DNA from: a virus
Taxonomy: Duplodnaviria; Caudoviricetes
Reading direction: 5' to 3' (one strand)
DNA: 25,518 nucleotides
IMG/VR virus record: IMGVR_UViG_3300028844_006088
Span: 1-25,518 of that record
Below the pieces are notes generated by a model. It had not been told where the DNA came from and did no database searches. It worked only from the letters and a program-made list of their open reading frames with translations. Made by a program: the position numbers and the translations under genes. Below, in pieces: positions 24,141-25,518 of the stretch (positions are counted from its first letter, which is position 1; each line of letters begins with the position of its first letter).

Positions 24141-25518
24141 TTATTCACCCGAAAGGTCTTTCATCAATCGGTCAAGAGTGGTTCCTTCGGTTGGTTCATT
24201 TTCATCTTCATGTGAATCTCTTACACGAACAAGGTCACTATACTTTGAATTCAACCAGTTTCGCATATCACTTAACTCTTCTAAATCTGATTGTGAATTC
24301 GAATCATATGCTTGTTTCCAATTTTGTAGCTCATCTACTGATATTTGAATCAATTCTTTTTTGATTTCATCACGTTCATCTGAGGTGGTAGATGAGGTAA
24401 ACTGATTGGCAACTTGTTCAAGCACTGTATCGAAAGTCACCATGTTCTCAGGATTTACAGGCTGATGATTCGGATCTTGAATTGTCTCATCAAGTTTTTT
24501 GTAGAGTGAAACGAATGAATCACGGACTTCTTCATCAAATCGAGCAATTGCATATTGAAGAGCCTTTTCTTTGTCACCCAGAATTGAATAGATATCCAGG
24601 ATGTGAAACAGACGTCGAGTGGTGATCATCTCATCAATCGCCTCATCTTTGTAGGACTTTCGAGTAACTTCTGCCCACTGACAAAGTTTCTCTGTGAACT
24701 TTACATCTTCAACATCAATGTTGTGAATTTCAAGATACTTATCCAACATCTTGATTTCTTTTGCCTTTGATGGATAATCATGCTCAATACACATTACAAA
24801 TCGCTCAAGGAAAGCGGTATTCTGAATGTTTGTACCAATGTAACGACCAGATTCAGAACCATTACCTTTTGTGTTATCTGTCGCAATGATGTTAAATCCT
24901 TTGGCAGGAATGATACGCTCACCCGTCTTCTTGATGAGGAATGGCTTGCCCTCAAGAATACCCTGAAGACACAACATTCTCGCAGGATTCCCCGCAAAGA
25001 TTTCATCAAGTAGTACAACACCACCAACTTTAGCGGCTTCAACAAGTGGTGAATCTTCCCATACAGTCTCGCCATTCACAAGATTGTAGTGACCAAGAAT
25101 GTCCATCTCATCTGTCTCAATGGTCACGTTCATGCGATAGAAGTGCCGCCTGTTCTTGGCGCAGGCTTGTTCTACCATCTTTGTCTTACCATTACCAGAA
25201 TCACCAGTGATGACAGTAGGACAGAATTTCTTTGAAGCAATCACAGCATCAATCACACTGTAATCACCAAAGGGAACGAAACAAGGATCTTTCTCAGGAA
25301 TGTATCCTTTTTGAATATCTTCTTTCGAGAGAATCTTGCGTTCTTGTCGAAAGGGGACAACTTTGGCGGGTTGGGCAACATTTAATTCAGGAGTTTCATT
25401 CTTTTCAGCCAACTCAAGATTGTAGACACCATAATCAACTTTCTTTGCTACACGAAGGATTTTATTGTGTTTCAATCCAAGTTCAGCCGCAGCTTGAACA
25501 ATTTCTTTACGAGTGGCT
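24141..25518 (-). CDS. cobS: CobS/MoxR-like AAA+ ATPase (5' end outside the window)
   Basis: FVPFG, GDSGNGKT.MVEQACA, ETDE.D..G, LLDEI, NTKG.GS..GR.IGTN, AFLERF and ITTRRL. The frame stays open upstream of 25475 (..ATRKEIVQAAAELGL). Confidence 0.9.
   Translation of the reverse strand, partial: ATRKEIVQAAAELGLKHNKILRVAKKVDYGVYNLELAEKNETPELNVAQPAKVVPFRQERKILSKEDIQKGYIPEKDPCFVPFGDYSVIDAVIASKKFCPTVITGDSGNGKTKMVEQACAKNRRHFYRMNVTIETDEMDILGHYNLVNGETVWEDSPLVEAAKVGGVVLLDEIFAGNPARMLCLQGILEGKPFLIKKTGERIIPAKGFNIIATDNTKGNGSESGRYIGTNIQNTAFLERFVMCIEHDYPSKAKEIKMLDKYLEIHNIDVEDVKFTEKLCQWAEVTRKSYKDEAIDEMITTRRLFHILDIYSILGDKEKALQYAIARFDEEVRDSFVSLYKKLDETIQDPNHQPVNPENMVTFDTVLEQVANQFTSSTTSDERDEIKKELIQISVDELQNWKQAYDSNSQSDLEELSDMRNWLNSKYSDLVRVRDSHEDENEPTEGTTLDRLMKDLSGE

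Noticed and set aside
2080-25075. Other nested or antisense track ORFs (e.g. 2080, 3971, 5793, 6740, 7994, 10126, 12937, 14087, 14722, 14744, 16077, 16799, 17348, 19033, 19783, 20203, 20291, 20808, 23508, 24780, 24794)
   Set aside because: They lie within or opposite better-supported genes and show no recognisable motifs.
1-25518. CRISPR array, DGR template/variable repeat pair, or stop-codon recoding
   Set aside because: No spaced repeat array or reverse transcriptase was seen, and core genes are full length with TAA, TAG and TGA all serving as stops.

Overview
AT-rich segment of a large T4-like (Tevenvirinae/Kyanoviridae-style) phage genome, almost all on the minus strand and in the standard genetic code. 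The right part is a replication and regulation block: cobS-like AAA ATPase, a GT-A glycosyltransferase, gp45 clamp, an Sm-like protein, a lytic transglycosylase, a dsbA-like gene, tRNA-Asp, gp44, gp62 and regA. The middle holds dUTPase, an M15 endolysin, early-promoter-driven small genes, a UvrD-like helicase and conserved T4-like hypotheticals. A plus-strand island behind a TATAAATA late promoter encodes a capsid-targeted protein with ADP-ribosyltransferase-like motifs, a small basic protein and a GIY-YIG endonuclease. Further left are FmdB, phoH and an amidoligase. The left end is the most unusual part, a four-gene exported module: a thermonuclease, a lipidated beta-barrel-like protein, an apparently catalytically dead paralog of the nuclease, and a >663 aa Calx-beta/FN3 repeat lipoprotein that the ORF track misses. 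All family calls come from motif recognition by eye; no database search was run.
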